64,000 nt of DNA. Source: Rhodospirillaceae bacterium. Its GTDB lineage: Bacteria; Pseudomonadota; Alphaproteobacteria; UBA6615. The position numbers and the translations under genes were made by a program. Numbering within the stretch: position 1 is the first letter of the stretch; every line of letters starts with the position of its first letter. Shown piece by piece: positions 52,798-63,085 of this stretch. Location of the stretch: assembly GCA_038140435.1 (NCBI GenBank), contig JAYQGE010000001.1, forward strand, positions 16,228 through 80,227, given 5' to 3'. A model generated the notes under the pieces. It was not told the origin of the DNA. It saw nothing but the letters and a program-made list of their open reading frames with translations, and did not search any database.

Positions 52798-54687
52798 TCA
52801 GGCGACGCGGCGCGAGGCTCCCCGGGAGGTGCGCTGGGCAACGCCGTCTTCCTCGTCGAACAGCTCGGCGAGCTGGTCCATCACGGTGCCGCCAAGCTGT
52901 TCGGCGTCGACGATCGTCACCGCGCGCCGGTAGTAGCGCGTCACATCATGGCCGATGCCGATCGCCAGCAACTCGATGGGCGAATAGGTCTCGATCCATT
53001 CGATGATCTGACGCAGGTGGCGCTCCAGATAGTTGCCGGCGTTCACCGACAGCGTGGAATCGTCGACCGGAGCGCCGTCGGAGATGATCATCAGAATGCG
53101 GCGCTGCTCCGAGCGGGCGAGCAGCCGGTTGTGGGCCCACAGGAGTGCCTCGCCGTCGATATTCTCCTTGAGCAGCCCCTCGCGCAGCATCAGGCCGAGA
53201 TTCTTGCGCGCGCGGCGCCAGGGCGCGTCGGCGGACTTGTAGATGATGTGGCGCAGGTCGTTGAGCCGGCCCGGGTTGGCGGGCTTGCCGGCGGCGAGCC
53301 AGTTCTCACGGGCTTGTCCGCCCTTCCACGCGCGGGTCGTGAAGCCCAGGATCTCGACCTTCACGCCGCACCGCTCGAGCGTGCGCGCCAGGATGTCGGC
53401 GCTCATCGCCGCGACCGAAATCGGGCGGCCGCGCATCGAGCCGGAATTGTCGATGAGCAGGGTGACCACCGTGTCGCGGAAGTTGGTGTCTTCTTCCATT
53501 TTGAACGACAGCGGGTGTGCCGGGTTCGTGACGACGCGGGTGAGGCGGGCCGTATCGAGCAGACCTTCCTCGAGGTCGAATTCCCAGTTCCGGGTCTGTT
53601 TCGCCATCAGGCGGCGCTGCAGCCGGTTGGCAAGCCGCGAGATGACGCTCTGGAGATGGCCGAGCTGCTGGTCGAGCTGTTGGCGCAGGCGCGACAGTTC
53701 GTCCGGGTCGCACAGGTCCGGCGCCTCGACGATCTCGTCATATTCGGTCGTGAAGGCGCCGTAGACGAACTGTTCACCCTGGTTGTGTCCGTATTCGGGT
53801 GGTCGCCAGGGCTGGCCCGGGGCGTCGGGGTCTTCGTCGCCCGCGCCCTCTTCCATGTCGCCGTCGCCGTCCTCGAACGGCATGTCCATTTCCTCGCTCT
53901 CGGCGCCGGCCTGCTCGTCCTCGCCCTCGCCCTCCATGGCCTGGGCTTCGCCGTCGCTCTTGCCTTCGCCGGTGCTCTCGCCGTCGGCGTCGTCCTGTTC
54001 GTCACCGCTGTTGTCGTCGGAATCGGGTTCGGTCGCGAGCTCTTCCTCCGCGAGGCCGAGATCGGAGATCATCTGCCGTACAACGTCCTGGAACGCGAGT
54101 TGATCGTCGAGACTGTCGCTCAGGTCCGAGAGGGCGGCGCCGATCTTGGATTCGACGAACGGACGCCAGACATCGACCATCGCGCGGGCCGAGGGTGGCG
54201 GTGCCATGCCGGTGAGCGCCTCACGCGCCAGCAGGGCGACGGCCTCGGACACCGGCGCCTGGTCGCGCTGGGTGACGCGCGCATATCCCTTGTCACGGCA
54301 GCGCATCTCGAGCGCGGCGCCCAGATTGTCCGCGACCCCCGACATCCGGTTTGCGCCGATCGCCTCGACGCGCGCCTGTTCGACCGCGTCGTAGAGCGCA
54401 CGCGCGGCGGGAGCTGTCGGCACCCGGGACTGGTGCAACTCGGCATTATGGTGGCGCAGACGCAACGCCAGTGCGTCGGCTTCGCCGCGCACGACGCCAA
54501 CCTCCTCGGCCGGAAGATCGCGCGCGGGCAGAGGCAGGCGCGCTTCCGCTCCGGCGACTCCCGGTGGATCGGGCGTGAAGGAGACGGTCAGTTCGGGCTC
54601 GCGGGCCATGGCTCGCATGGCCGCCGCCGTCACCCGGCGGAACTCCTCGACCGGTCCGTCGTTGTTGCCTCTGTTCGAGCCCGCCAT
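52798..54687 (-). CDS. cobT: cobaltochelatase subunit CobT-like (vWA-domain protein with acidic linker)
   Basis: 629 aa. Long Asp/Glu-rich central region, C-terminal vWA/MIDAS (LLIDNSGSM). Confidence 0.85.
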   Translation of the reverse strand: MAGSNRGNNDGPVEEFRRVTAAAMRAMAREPELTVSFTPDPPGVAGAEARLPLPARDLPAEEVGVVRGEADALALRLRHHNAELHQSRVPTAPAARALYDAVEQARVEAIGANRMSGVADNLGAALEMRCRDKGYARVTQRDQAPVSEAVALLAREALTGMAPPPSARAMVDVWRPFVESKIGAALSDLSDSLDDQLAFQDVVRQMISDLGLAEEELATEPDSDDNSGDEQDDADGESTGEGKSDGEAQAMEGEGEDEQAGAESEEMDMPFEDGDGDMEEGAGDEDPDAPGQPWRPPEYGHNQGEQFVYGAFTTEYDEIVEAPDLCDPDELSRLRQQLDQQLGHLQSVISRLANRLQRRLMAKQTRNWEFDLEEGLLDTARLTRVVTNPAHPLSFKMEEDTNFRDTVVTLLIDNSGSMRGRPISVAAMSADILARTLERCGVKVEILGFTTRAWKGGQARENWLAAGKPANPGRLNDLRHIIYKSADAPWRRARKNLGLMLREGLLKENIDGEALLWAHNRLLARSEQRRILMIISDGAPVDDSTLSVNAGNYLERHLRQIIEWIETYSPIELLAIGIGHDVTRYYRRAVTIVDAEQLGGTVMDQLAELFDEEDGVAQRTSRGASRRVA

Positions 54688-54694
54688 CGGGATC

Positions 54695-55702
54695 CTACTG
54701 GGTTGGCGCCGGGGCGATCACGCCGTCTTCGAGCTCGGTGCCGAAGCAGCGCTGGTAATACTCGGCGACCGTGGATCGCTCGACCTCGTCGCACTTGTTC
54801 AGGAATGTGACCCGGAAGCCGACCGGAATGGAACCGAAGATCTCGGCATTCTCCGCCCAGGTGATGACCGTGCGCGGCGACATGACCGTGGAGATGTCGC
54901 CGGCAACGAAGCCCGAACGGGTCAGCTCGGCCGTCGCGACCATCGCGGAGATCTTCTCGCGACCCTCCTTGCCCTCGTAGCTCGAGCATTTCGCCATGAC
55001 GATATCGACTTCCTGCTCATGCGGCAGGTAGTTGAGCGTCGTGACGATGTTCCAGCGGTCCATCTGCGCCTGGTTGATCTGCTGGGTGCCGTGATAGAGG
55101 CCCGTCGTGTCGCCCAGGCCCACGGTGTTTGCGGTCGCGAAAAGCCGGAAGCTCGGATGCGGCCGGATCACCTTGTTCTGGTCGAGAAGGGTCAGCTTGC
55201 TGTCGGCCTCGAGCACGCGCTGGATCACGAACATCACATCGGGCCGGCCGGCGTCATACTCGTCGAACACGAGCGCGCAGGGGTGCTGCAGCGTCCATGG
55301 CAGGATGCCCTCGCGGAACTCGGTCACCTGAGCGCCATCCTGCAGGACGATTGCGTCCTTGCCGATCAGGTCGATACGGCTGATGTGGCTGTCCAGGTTG
55401 ACGCGCACGCACGGCCAGTTGAGTCGTGAGGCCACCTGCTCGATATGCGTGGACTTGCCGGTGCCGTGGTATCCCTGGATCATCACGCGGCGGTTGTGCG
55501 TGAACCCGGCTAGGATTGCGAGCGTCGTGTCATGGTCGAACTGGTAGGTCTCGTCGAGGGCCGGGACGTGCACGGTTTCCTCGGAGAAGGCCGGCACCTC
55601 CATGTCGGAATCGATGCCGAAAACCTGGCGCGCCGAGACCTTGATGTCCGGCTCCGGGTTCGCGGGCATATCTGCGCTGGTGATCGATTCTGTCGCTTCC
55701 AT
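54695..55702 (-). CDS. cobS: cobaltochelatase subunit CobS-like (MoxR/AAA+ ATPase)
   Basis: Walker [10 protein letters not shown], Walker [10 protein letters not shown]. Start MEATES. Confidence 0.85.
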   Translation of the reverse strand: MEATESITSADMPANPEPDIKVSARQVFGIDSDMEVPAFSEETVHVPALDETYQFDHDTTLAILAGFTHNRRVMIQGYHGTGKSTHIEQVASRLNWPCVRVNLDSHISRIDLIGKDAIVLQDGAQVTEFREGILPWTLQHPCALVFDEYDAGRPDVMFVIQRVLEADSKLTLLDQNKVIRPHPSFRLFATANTVGLGDTTGLYHGTQQINQAQMDRWNIVTTLNYLPHEQEVDIVMAKCSSYEGKEGREKISAMVATAELTRSGFVAGDISTVMSPRTVITWAENAEIFGSIPVGFRVTFLNKCDEVERSTVAEYYQRCFGTELEDGVIAPAPTQ

Positions 55703-55730
55703 AATCCGGTCCACTTTCGTCAAAATGTCT

Positions 55731-56327
55731 TCATTCGGTGCGGCCCCGTTCGGGGTCGACCGATTGCATAAGGGTTGCGTAGGCTTGGTTGATCGCCTTG
55801 AGGCGTTCTTCCGCCAGCTTGTCGCCGCCATTCGCGTCAGGATGGTGCTGTTTGACCAGCGCCTTGTAGCGCCGTTTTATAGCGTCTGCGGTGACCGGAG
55901 GCGACAGTTTCATTGTAGCAAGCGCGTCAAGCGTTTCGGGGTCCAGTCCGGCATTCGCGGCGGCCGACGCCCCGCGCTCCATGCCGTGGCGCTCCGCGTC
56001 GAAAAAGCCGAACTCGTCGCGCATGCCGTCGCCGATGTGCCGGCCGTTGAACGGCCAGGTCGGCCGGTTCCAGAAGGTCTTGCTGTGCCGGTCGGACTCG
56101 ATTTCGGCCTCCGACATGCCATCATAATAGTTCCAGGATTTGTTGTACGCGCGCACATGATCGAGACAGAACCAGATATATTCGCGCAAGTTCTCCCGCG
56201 AACTCGGCGCGCGGAACTCGCCCGGCAGGTCGCAGCCGGGTTCCGCGCAAACGTGCGCGCGGGACGTACTGTCACCGCCTTCGGTGAGCAGGTCGTCCAG
56301 GTCGATGGATTTTCGCCGGCGGGTCAT
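55731..56327 (-). CDS. J-domain protein conserved upstream of cobS-cobT
   Basis: C-terminal J domain with HPD (..[16 protein letters not shown]..). N-terminal Cys-containing region. Confidence 0.75.
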   Translation of the reverse strand: MTRRRKSIDLDDLLTEGGDSTSRAHVCAEPGCDLPGEFRAPSSRENLREYIWFCLDHVRAYNKSWNYYDGMSEAEIESDRHSKTFWNRPTWPFNGRHIGDGMRDEFGFFDAERHGMERGASAAANAGLDPETLDALATMKLSPPVTADAIKRRYKALVKQHHPDANGGDKLAEERLKAINQAYATLMQSVDPERGRTE

Positions 56328-56401
56328 GGGCGGAATATGTCCGGTGGGGCCGCGCGAGGCAACAACAGGCCGGCAAAGGTCATATGTCGAGGAGGGACGC
56401 G

Positions 56402-56686
56402 ATGAATCGCTCGGAACGTATCACGGCGGCGCTGGAGGCCGCGATCGATGTGCACCGGATCGAGGTGCGCGACGACTCGCATCTGCACGCGGGTCATGCG
56501 GGCGCCTCACCCGAGGGTGAAACACATTTCGACCTGCTGGTCGTGAGTCCCGATTTCACCGGCCAGTCGCGGGTGATGCGCCAGCGCGCCGTCTATGCCC
56601 TTCTGGGCGCGGAGTTTGAGGGTGGATTGCATGCGTTGTCGATGCGCGCGCTCACGCCGGAGGAGGCCGCAAAAGAAACAAATTGA
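56402..56686 (+). CDS. BolA-family protein
   Basis: ..DDSHLHAGHAG.. plus ..FDLLVVSPDFTGQSRVMRQR.. BolA signature. GAGGAGGG RBS. Confidence 0.8.
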   Translation: MNRSERITAALEAAIDVHRIEVRDDSHLHAGHAGASPEGETHFDLLVVSPDFTGQSRVMRQRAVYALLGAEFEGGLHALSMRALTPEEAAKETN

Positions 56687-56788
56687 AACGAAAATCATCA
56701 ATGTGTTGCAAACGTGTCGCCTGCGTTCTACCTTTCGCCTCGGGAATCATTCGCAAGACCCCTATTCGGGGTCGGAAGGACGGCCAAC

Positions 56789-57085
56789 ATGCTTGTCAAT
56801 CGCAACATCACGGTGGGTTCGCTGCGCACCAGCGTGCGCCTGGAGCCGCAATTCTGGGAAGCCTTGTCGGATATCGCGGCGCGCGAACGCCTGACGGTGG
56901 ATCGTCTCTGCACCATCATCGACGCGAATGCGGGGGTCCTCGGACGCACGGCGGCGATCCGGGTTTTTATTGCCAGCTACTTCGCGGAAATCCGCAGCCG
57001 GGCCGACATGGCGTCGTCGGCCGTGATCGAGCGGCCCGCGGCGTATCCGCCAGTCTACGTCCCGGCGACCCGCGCGGTCGGCTAG
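56789..57085 (+). CDS. ribbon-helix-helix domain protein (RHH_4-like)
   Basis: ..RTSVRLEPQFWEALSDIAARERLTVDRLCTIID.. matches the small alphaproteobacterial RHH family. Internal Met chosen. Confidence 0.55.
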   Translation: MLVNRNITVGSLRTSVRLEPQFWEALSDIAARERLTVDRLCTIIDANAGVLGRTAAIRVFIASYFAEIRSRADMASSAVIERPAAYPPVYVPATRAVG

Positions 57086-57133
57086 GCGGCTCGGCCGGTT
57101 TGCGAACCGGCGCCCCGACGCTTCGGTGCGGCG

Positions 57134-57697
57134 CTAGTCGTGTACGGGCCCGTCATAGTGATCGGGCCAGAATTCCTTCACCTTCGGGCCATTGCTGCGG
57201 AACGCATGGCATGTGTTCAGCAGGCGCGGTGCGCGCGTTGACGCAGCCCGGCTCTCGGGCTGCTCCTTGTTCTTGATCGGATAGATCGTCTGGAATGCGG
57301 TCGTCGCGACCGGCCCCAGCATCTCGACGATGTGGGTGCAGCCCTCTACGCCGCCGACCCGATCACGCACTTTCTTGCGCCAGCCCGGCCCGATACTGAT
57401 CCCGACCAGCCGTTCGAAGTTGGGCGCGATCTCCTTGCACACCGAAAAAGGACTGTACTCGGTGGTCGCCTCGACTCCGTGAATCTTCAGGTCGTCGTCG
57501 ACGGTCAGGCGAATCCACATCTCGTGGACGGGTTCGCCCGGCGGCACATCGCCGCGTTCGTTGTTGTGGAACGTGTAGCTCTTCACGTCCACGAGTCGGC
57601 CCTCGATGTCCCATAGCCCGTCCGAGCGCCGGTAGCCGTTGCACTCGACCGTGCGGGTGTGAATGTGCTCGCGCTCCGCCGGGCTCGACAGTGGCAT
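57134..57697 (-). CDS. DUF2889-like hypothetical protein
   Basis: ..HIHTRTVECNGYRRSDGLWDIEG.. and ..GCTHIVEMLGPVATTAFQT.., recalled as DUF2889 signatures. Confidence 0.5.
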   Translation of the reverse strand: MPLSSPAEREHIHTRTVECNGYRRSDGLWDIEGRLVDVKSYTFHNNERGDVPPGEPVHEMWIRLTVDDDLKIHGVEATTEYSPFSVCKEIAPNFERLVGISIGPGWRKKVRDRVGGVEGCTHIVEMLGPVATTAFQTIYPIKNKEQPESRAASTRAPRLLNTCHAFRSNGPKVKEFWPDHYDGPVHD

Positions 57698-57804
57698 GGG
57701 GTCCGTCCTCGCGGGATGTGGCTGGGTTCGCATGTGTCGTGGGGACTATAGGAGCCGTCGCCGTACGGTCAAGGAAGCCCCGGGCGGGCAGTCTCCGCGG
57801 TTGG

Positions 57805-59109
57805 CTAGTCCTGCGGTGCGGGCGCCTGGGGAGTCGACTGGGGTTCCGTCGGCCGCGGGGTGATGCGCAGCGAGCGCAGCTGATTGCCGCTGCGGCGCAG
57901 GATATCGACCTTCAGTCCCTCGATGTCGAAGCTCTGCCCCTCCTCGGGTATGAAGCGCGCCTCGTGCAGCACGAGCCCCGCGATCGTGGAGGCCTCGTCG
58001 TCAGACAGGTTCCAGCCGAACTCGCGGTTCAAATCGCGGATTGTCACCCGGCCATCGACGATGAAACTGCCGTCTGCCTGCCGCCGCATTCCCGGCACCG
58101 GGATGTCGTGCTCGTCGTCGATCTCGCCGACGATCTCCTCGATAATGTCCTCGAGCGTCACCACTCCCTGCAGCGCGCCATACTCATCGACCACAAGCGC
58201 GAAATGCTCGCGGCGGTCGCGAAACTCGTGGAGCTGGCGCAGGCAGTCCGTCGATTCCGGCACGAACCAGGGATCGGCCGCGACGGCCCGGACATCGATC
58301 TCGTCGATATGTCCGTCATGGCTCTGGACCTCGCGCAGCAGTGCCTTCGCATGCAGGACCCCGACGATGTTCTCCGGGTCGTCCTCGAACAGCGGGATCC
58401 GCGTGTACGGGCAGTCGAGCACCTTGGTCACGATCGCGCTGGGCGAGAGCGCGGCGTCGACCATCTGCACATCGGTGCGGTGGGTCATGATCTCGCCAAC
58501 CTCGACATCGTCGAGATCCATCACGCCGCCGAGCATCTGTCCCTCATGGGCGGCGACGGTGTTGGTGTCCGCGTGCAGTCGGATCGCGCCGCGCAGTTCC
58601 TGCTCGCGCGCGGCATCTTCCTCTGCCGAGATCCGTTCGCCCATGAGCCGCAGCAACACCCCGACCACCGCCTCGATGGCACGCGACAGCGGTGACAGGA
58701 TGGTCACGACAAAACGGATCGGCCGCGCGACCGTCAGCGCGACATCGTCGGCGTGCCGGATCGCGTAGGTCTTGGGCAACACCTCGGAAAAGATCACCAC
58801 CAGTGTTGTCATGGCGATCGTCGCGTAGGCGACGCCGGCGTCGCCGAACAGGGTGATCATCATGCTGGTCGCCAGCGCCGAGGCGAGAATGTTGACGATG
58901 TTGTTGCCGATCAGGATGCCGCCGATCAGCCGTTCCTGCCGGGCGTGCAGGAAGTTCACCGTGCCCGCGCGCCGGTTGCCCTCGCTCTCCAGTTGATGCA
59001 TGCGCGGCCGCGACGCGCCGGTGAGGGCGGTTTCCGAACCGGAGAAGAACGCCGAAAGCGCCAGCAGAACCACGATTCCGATGACGATGATGGTGATGGG
59101 ATCACTCAT
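57805..59109 (-). CDS. HlyC/CorC-family transporter (CNNM-type: DUF21 + CBS pair + CorC_HlyC)
   Basis: N-terminal 4-TM DUF21 (..LSAFFSGSETAL..), CBS pair, C-terminal transporter-associated domain. Confidence 0.85.
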   Translation of the reverse strand: MSDPITIIVIGIVVLLALSAFFSGSETALTGASRPRMHQLESEGNRRAGTVNFLHARQERLIGGILIGNNIVNILASALATSMMITLFGDAGVAYATIAMTTLVVIFSEVLPKTYAIRHADDVALTVARPIRFVVTILSPLSRAIEAVVGVLLRLMGERISAEEDAAREQELRGAIRLHADTNTVAAHEGQMLGGVMDLDDVEVGEIMTHRTDVQMVDAALSPSAIVTKVLDCPYTRIPLFEDDPENIVGVLHAKALLREVQSHDGHIDEIDVRAVAADPWFVPESTDCLRQLHEFRDRREHFALVVDEYGALQGVVTLEDIIEEIVGEIDDEHDIPVPGMRRQADGSFIVDGRVTIRDLNREFGWNLSDDEASTIAGLVLHEARFIPEEGQSFDIEGLKVDILRRSGNQLRSLRITPRPTEPQSTPQAPAPQD

Positions 59110-59119
59110 GGATCTGGAC

Positions 59120-60256
59120 CTATGTGGTTGGCGTTGCCGCCATGTCGGTGAGCAGCCGCGAGACGTCGTTCCCTGCCACCTCGTTGGTGACGAAGGCGTC
59201 GCCGATGCCCTTCGTCAGGATGAAGGTCAGACGACCCTCCTGGACCTTCTTGTCCCGGCCCATATGACCGAGCAGGACGTCCGTATCCCAGCCGTCCCCG
59301 GGATGGGACGGGAATTCCGTCGGCAGGCCGCAGGCCGCCAGGTGTTCGCGCACACGTGCGGTGTCCGCCGCGGCGCTCAGGCCCATGCGAGCCGACAGCT
59401 CGAACGCCGCGACCATGCCGATCGCGACCGCCTCGCCATGCAGCAGGGTCGCGCCATAGCCGGTTTCTGCCTCGAGCGCATGGGCGAAGGTGTGACCGAG
59501 GTTGAGGAGCGCACGACGTCCGGTTTCCCGCTCGTCCTGGTTCACGATCTCCGCCTTCATCTCGCAACAGCGCTCGATCGCGTGCGCCTGTGCGTCCGCA
59601 TCGCCGGCCAGGAGTGCCGGACCGTTGTGCTCGAGCCATGCGAAAAACTCCGCATCGCCCAGCAGTCCGTACTTCGCGACCTCGGCATAGCCCGCGCGCA
59701 ACTCACGGTCGGGCAGGGTGTCGAGCGTGTCCGTATCGGCGACAACCAGACGCGGCTGATAGAAGGTGCCGACAAGATTCTTGCCTGCGCGCGCGTTGAT
59801 GGCGGTTTTGCCGCCGACGGAGCTGTCCACCTGGGCGAGAAGCGACGTGGGAACCTGCACGAACTCGACCCCGCGCAGCGCGATGCTTGCCGCGAAACCT
59901 GTCAGGTCACCGATCACGCCGCCGCCGAGTGCAACCAGCACGCTGCCGCGTTCCAGTCCGCCCGCGATCAGGTCCTCGAGCAGGGTCTCGAGCTGGGCGT
60001 AGGACTTGGAACCTTCACCGGCAGGGACCGTGATCGTCCGGCTCTGGTGTCCGCTCTTGCGCAACGCGGCGTCCAGGCGTTTGGCGTAGAGCGGGCCGAC
60101 ATTCTCGTCCGTGACGATCGCGCACCGGCGTTCGCCGAGCCGCTCTGCCAGCAACTCGCCCGTCCGGTCGATCAGCCCGGGGCCGATCAGGATGTCGTAG
60201 GAGCGCGTGCCGAGCTCGACGCGAATCTTGCGCATGCTGTCTACCGTTCCGTTCAT
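59120..60256 (-). CDS. aroB: 3-dehydroquinate synthase
   Basis: ..GGGVIGDLTGFAA.., ..VDSSVGGKTAIN.., ..LNLGHTFAHALE.. Confidence 0.9.
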   Translation of the reverse strand: MNGTVDSMRKIRVELGTRSYDILIGPGLIDRTGELLAERLGERRCAIVTDENVGPLYAKRLDAALRKSGHQSRTITVPAGEGSKSYAQLETLLEDLIAGGLERGSVLVALGGGVIGDLTGFAASIALRGVEFVQVPTSLLAQVDSSVGGKTAINARAGKNLVGTFYQPRLVVADTDTLDTLPDRELRAGYAEVAKYGLLGDAEFFAWLEHNGPALLAGDADAQAHAIERCCEMKAEIVNQDERETGRRALLNLGHTFAHALEAETGYGATLLHGEAVAIGMVAAFELSARMGLSAAADTARVREHLAACGLPTEFPSHPGDGWDTDVLLGHMGRDKKVQEGRLTFILTKGIGDAFVTNEVAGNDVSRLLTDMAATPTT

Positions 60257-60858
60257 GATGCGGGCGCTGCCTCGGTCCTTCGGTTGAATGCCGCCAGCGC
60301 CTCGACCACGCGCGCGACGGTTTCGTCGGGCGGGCCGTCATCGCTTTCGACGGTGATGTCCGCCTGCGCATAGACCGGATATCGTGTCGCCATCAAGTCT
60401 TCCAGCGTCCGTTCGGGGTCTGCGTTGTTCAGGAGCGGGCGGCTGCTGCGACGCGCGGTGCGACGCACGAGTGTCTCCAGATCGGCCCGCAGCCAGACCG
60501 AAATGCCGGTTTCGGCGACGGCCGCGCGCGTCTGGGCGTCCATGAATGCGCCGCCGCCTGTCGCCAGAACCTTGGGCTCGCCGTCGAGCAGGCGCGCGAT
60601 GACCCGGCGTTCGCCGTCGCGAAACTCCGCCTCGCCGTGCTGTTCGAAGAATTCGGCAATTGTGCAGCCCGCGGCGGCCTCGATCTCCGAATCGGCGTCG
60701 ACGAAGGGCAGGTCCAGCCGCGCGGCCAGTCGGCGACCGATCGACGACTTGCCGGCACCCATAAGCCCGACCATCACGATCGTGCGGTCGGACGCGCGCG
60801 CGGCGGCGTCGGGATGGGCCGGTCCGGCCTCGTCTTCGGCTTGCTCAGAATCACCCAT
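60253..60858 (-). CDS. aroK: shikimate kinase
   Basis: Walker A GLMGAGKSS, ..GGG lid motif (ATGGGAF). Overlaps aroB by 4 nt. Confidence 0.9.
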   Translation of the reverse strand: MGDSEQAEDEAGPAHPDAAARASDRTIVMVGLMGAGKSSIGRRLAARLDLPFVDADSEIEAAAGCTIAEFFEQHGEAEFRDGERRVIARLLDGEPKVLATGGGAFMDAQTRAAVAETGISVWLRADLETLVRRTARRSSRPLLNNADPERTLEDLMATRYPVYAQADITVESDDGPPDETVARVVEALAAFNRRTEAAPAS

Positions 60859-61013
60859 GGACTGCTATCTTGTCGCGAGTCGGTCCGGCAACGGATTCGC
60901 CGCGTTCTCGCCATTGTTCGGGTGTCATAATAGGCGTTCGCGCGTGGCCCTGCGAGATCGAAACCGCAGATCGTGACGTTCGCCGCGCCGATCGGATTGA
61001 CCGGGAGAATGAC

Positions 61014-61145
61014 TTGGCCAAGTACATCATCGTCCTCTTTCTTGCCGTGATCGTCGCCGGCGGCGTGTTTCTCGCCACCTGGGATATTCCCGCGCCGAGC
61101 GAGAGCGTCGAGAAAACCATTCCCAACGACCGCTTCCCGCGTTGA
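61014..61145 (+). CDS. possible small (43 aa) single-TM protein
   Basis: TTG start. Hydrophobic core IIVLFLAVIVAGGVFLA. Stop overlaps the start region of the next gene. Weak evidence. Confidence 0.2.
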   Translation: MAKYIIVLFLAVIVAGGVFLATWDIPAPSESVEKTIPNDRFPR

Positions 61146-61153
61146 TCGACGTC

Positions 61154-63085
61154 ATGCGCCGGCTCGCCGCCACCCTTGCCTGTGCGCTTGCGCTTTCGGT
61201 GCCGCCTGCGCTGGCGCAGCAGTCCGGGCCCATTCGCCTGACCCCGCTGCCGCCACCGACAGCCGATGCGCCCGAAACCCGCACAGAGGGCCAACTGTAC
61301 TCGGGGCCGCAGGCTGACCCGTCGACGTCCGCGCCGATCGAGACACCCGGTGGCGTACTCATTCGTGGTCTCGATGCCGTGGCGGAAGACGCCGTAGGTG
61401 TGCTCTCCGCCGCCAACGGCAGCCTGGGTGACGACATGTGGGCCGGCACCGACCGTGCGACGGCCATCCGCCTGCTCGAGGCGCTGCCACCCGCGTTGCC
61501 GTTTTCGGACACACGGGATCTTGCCCGCCGGCTGTTACTGTCCATCGCGACGCCGCCGGCCGGCGATAGCGAGACATCCGGCCTGCTGGCCGCGCGGCTT
61601 GCAGGACTCGTCGCCATTGGTGCGCCGGCGGATGCGATCGAGCTCGCGCGCGCCGCCAGTTCGCGCAGCGTGCCCGATCACATCGCACAGGCGGTCACCA
61701 GCGCGCATTTCCTGCGCGGCGATGTGGCGGCAGGCTGCGATGTGCTCGCGCGCTTCGAGGGTGGCTATGTGGAACCCTTCTGGCAGAAGGCGCTGATCGT
61801 TTGCCAGATCGCGGACGGGAAGGGCGCGGAGGCCGCGCTCGGCCTCGACTTGTTGCGCGAGGAAGGCACGGAGGCCGACCGGTTTTTCGAGACGATCGCC
61901 TACACCGCGACGGCGGGCTCCGCGATCGCGCCGGAACAGCTCGCCGGGCCGGGGACGCCCGACATCCTGACATTCGCGCTGCTGACCATCACGGACGCCG
62001 AGCTTCCGGACTGGATGCTGACCAGCGACGACCCGGCGATCCTGCGCGCAGTCCTTGCGTTGCATCTCGTGGATCCCCTGCGCAAGCTCGCGCGGGCGCA
62101 TGACGCATTGCGGACCGGCCAGATCAGCGCGGCGGAGGTGGTCGCCATCTACGAGGGGCTCGAGGCCGACGATGAGGCCATCGCGGCGGCGCTTCTTGAT
62201 CCCGATTCCGTCGAGCGGGACCTCTGGCTCGCTTATCTCTATCTCGCCGCGCGCGGCCAGACGGTGGCCATTGCTCGCTCGGAGGCGCTCTGGGAGGCGT
62301 GGAGCCTGGCGGAGGCAGCGGAACTCGACGATATCGTCATGGCCACGACCGCGCGGCTGCTCGCGGACATTCCCGCGACGAGCGACTTTGGCTGGCTCGC
62401 CGCGGGTGCGACCCGGGCCGCGCTGCTCGCGGGCGAGGACGACCTCGCCATCACCTGGTACCAGCTGGTGGTGCGCCAGGCGAGCGCGGTCGCCGACATG
62501 GCGCGGGCGACGGCGATGCTGTGGCCCGAGATGCGGGTCATCGGCCGAGACCCGGTTCAGACCGAGGCTGCGATGTCGCCTGAGCCCGAAGCCACGCCCG
62601 ACCCGCGCGCCACGATCGCGGCAAACGCGGTGCCGCCGGTCGGCGCCGCAGTCTCGGCTCCGCGGGCGCAGCCGGTTTTCCCGATCGAGGCCCGCGCGCC
62701 CGTGCCGTGGAGCCCAACGCGCCTGTCCCGCTGGATCGACCTCGCGGAAAACAATCCGGGCACCGCCGAGGTCGGGGCGGCGCTCTACCTGCTCCAGGTG
62801 CTGGGCGATCCGGTCACCGGCGAACACTGGGCGGCTGCACCGATCGGAAACGAGGCGACGCTCGGGGCCATGCCGGGTGTTGCGGCACTTGCCGGGTTGG
62901 CGCGCGCGTCGGCGGCCGAGCGCCGGGCCGAGACGATTCTTTACGCGCTGATCGTGCTGGGGCAGGCGGGCGCGCCGCCCCATGCCGGGATTGTCGGCAG
63001 CGTCGTCCGCGGTCTGCAACGCGTGGGCCTCGACGCGGACGCCCGGTCGATTGCCCGTGCGGCCCTGGTCGCACCCGCGCAATGA
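61154..63085 (+). CDS. large secreted alpha-helical hypothetical protein
   Basis: Signal peptide MRRLAATLACALALSVPPALAQQ, Ala/Leu-rich helical-repeat-like body, 644 aa. Stop overlaps the xerD start (ATGA). Confidence 0.6.
   Translation: MRRLAATLACALALSVPPALAQQSGPIRLTPLPPPTADAPETRTEGQLYSGPQADPSTSAPIETPGGVLIRGLDAVAEDAVGVLSAANGSLGDDMWAGTDRATAIRLLEALPPALPFSDTRDLARRLLLSIATPPAGDSETSGLLAARLAGLVAIGAPADAIELARAASSRSVPDHIAQAVTSAHFLRGDVAAGCDVLARFEGGYVEPFWQKALIVCQIADGKGAEAALGLDLLREEGTEADRFFETIAYTATAGSAIAPEQLAGPGTPDILTFALLTITDAELPDWMLTSDDPAILRAVLALHLVDPLRKLARAHDALRTGQISAAEVVAIYEGLEADDEAIAAALLDPDSVERDLWLAYLYLAARGQTVAIARSEALWEAWSLAEAAELDDIVMATTARLLADIPATSDFGWLAAGATRAALLAGEDDLAITWYQLVVRQASAVADMARATAMLWPEMRVIGRDPVQTEAAMSPEPEATPDPRATIAANAVPPVGAAVSAPRAQPVFPIEARAPVPWSPTRLSRWIDLAENNPGTAEVGAALYLLQVLGDPVTGEHWAAAPIGNEATLGAMPGVAALAGLARASAAERRAETILYALIVLGQAGAPPHAGIVGSVVRGLQRVGLDADARSIARAALVAPAQ

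Noticed and set aside
52948-54810. 620-aa + strand ORF antisense to cobT/cobS
   Set aside because: cobT and cobS have Walker, vWA and MIDAS motifs on the minus strand. The + frame is low-complexity.
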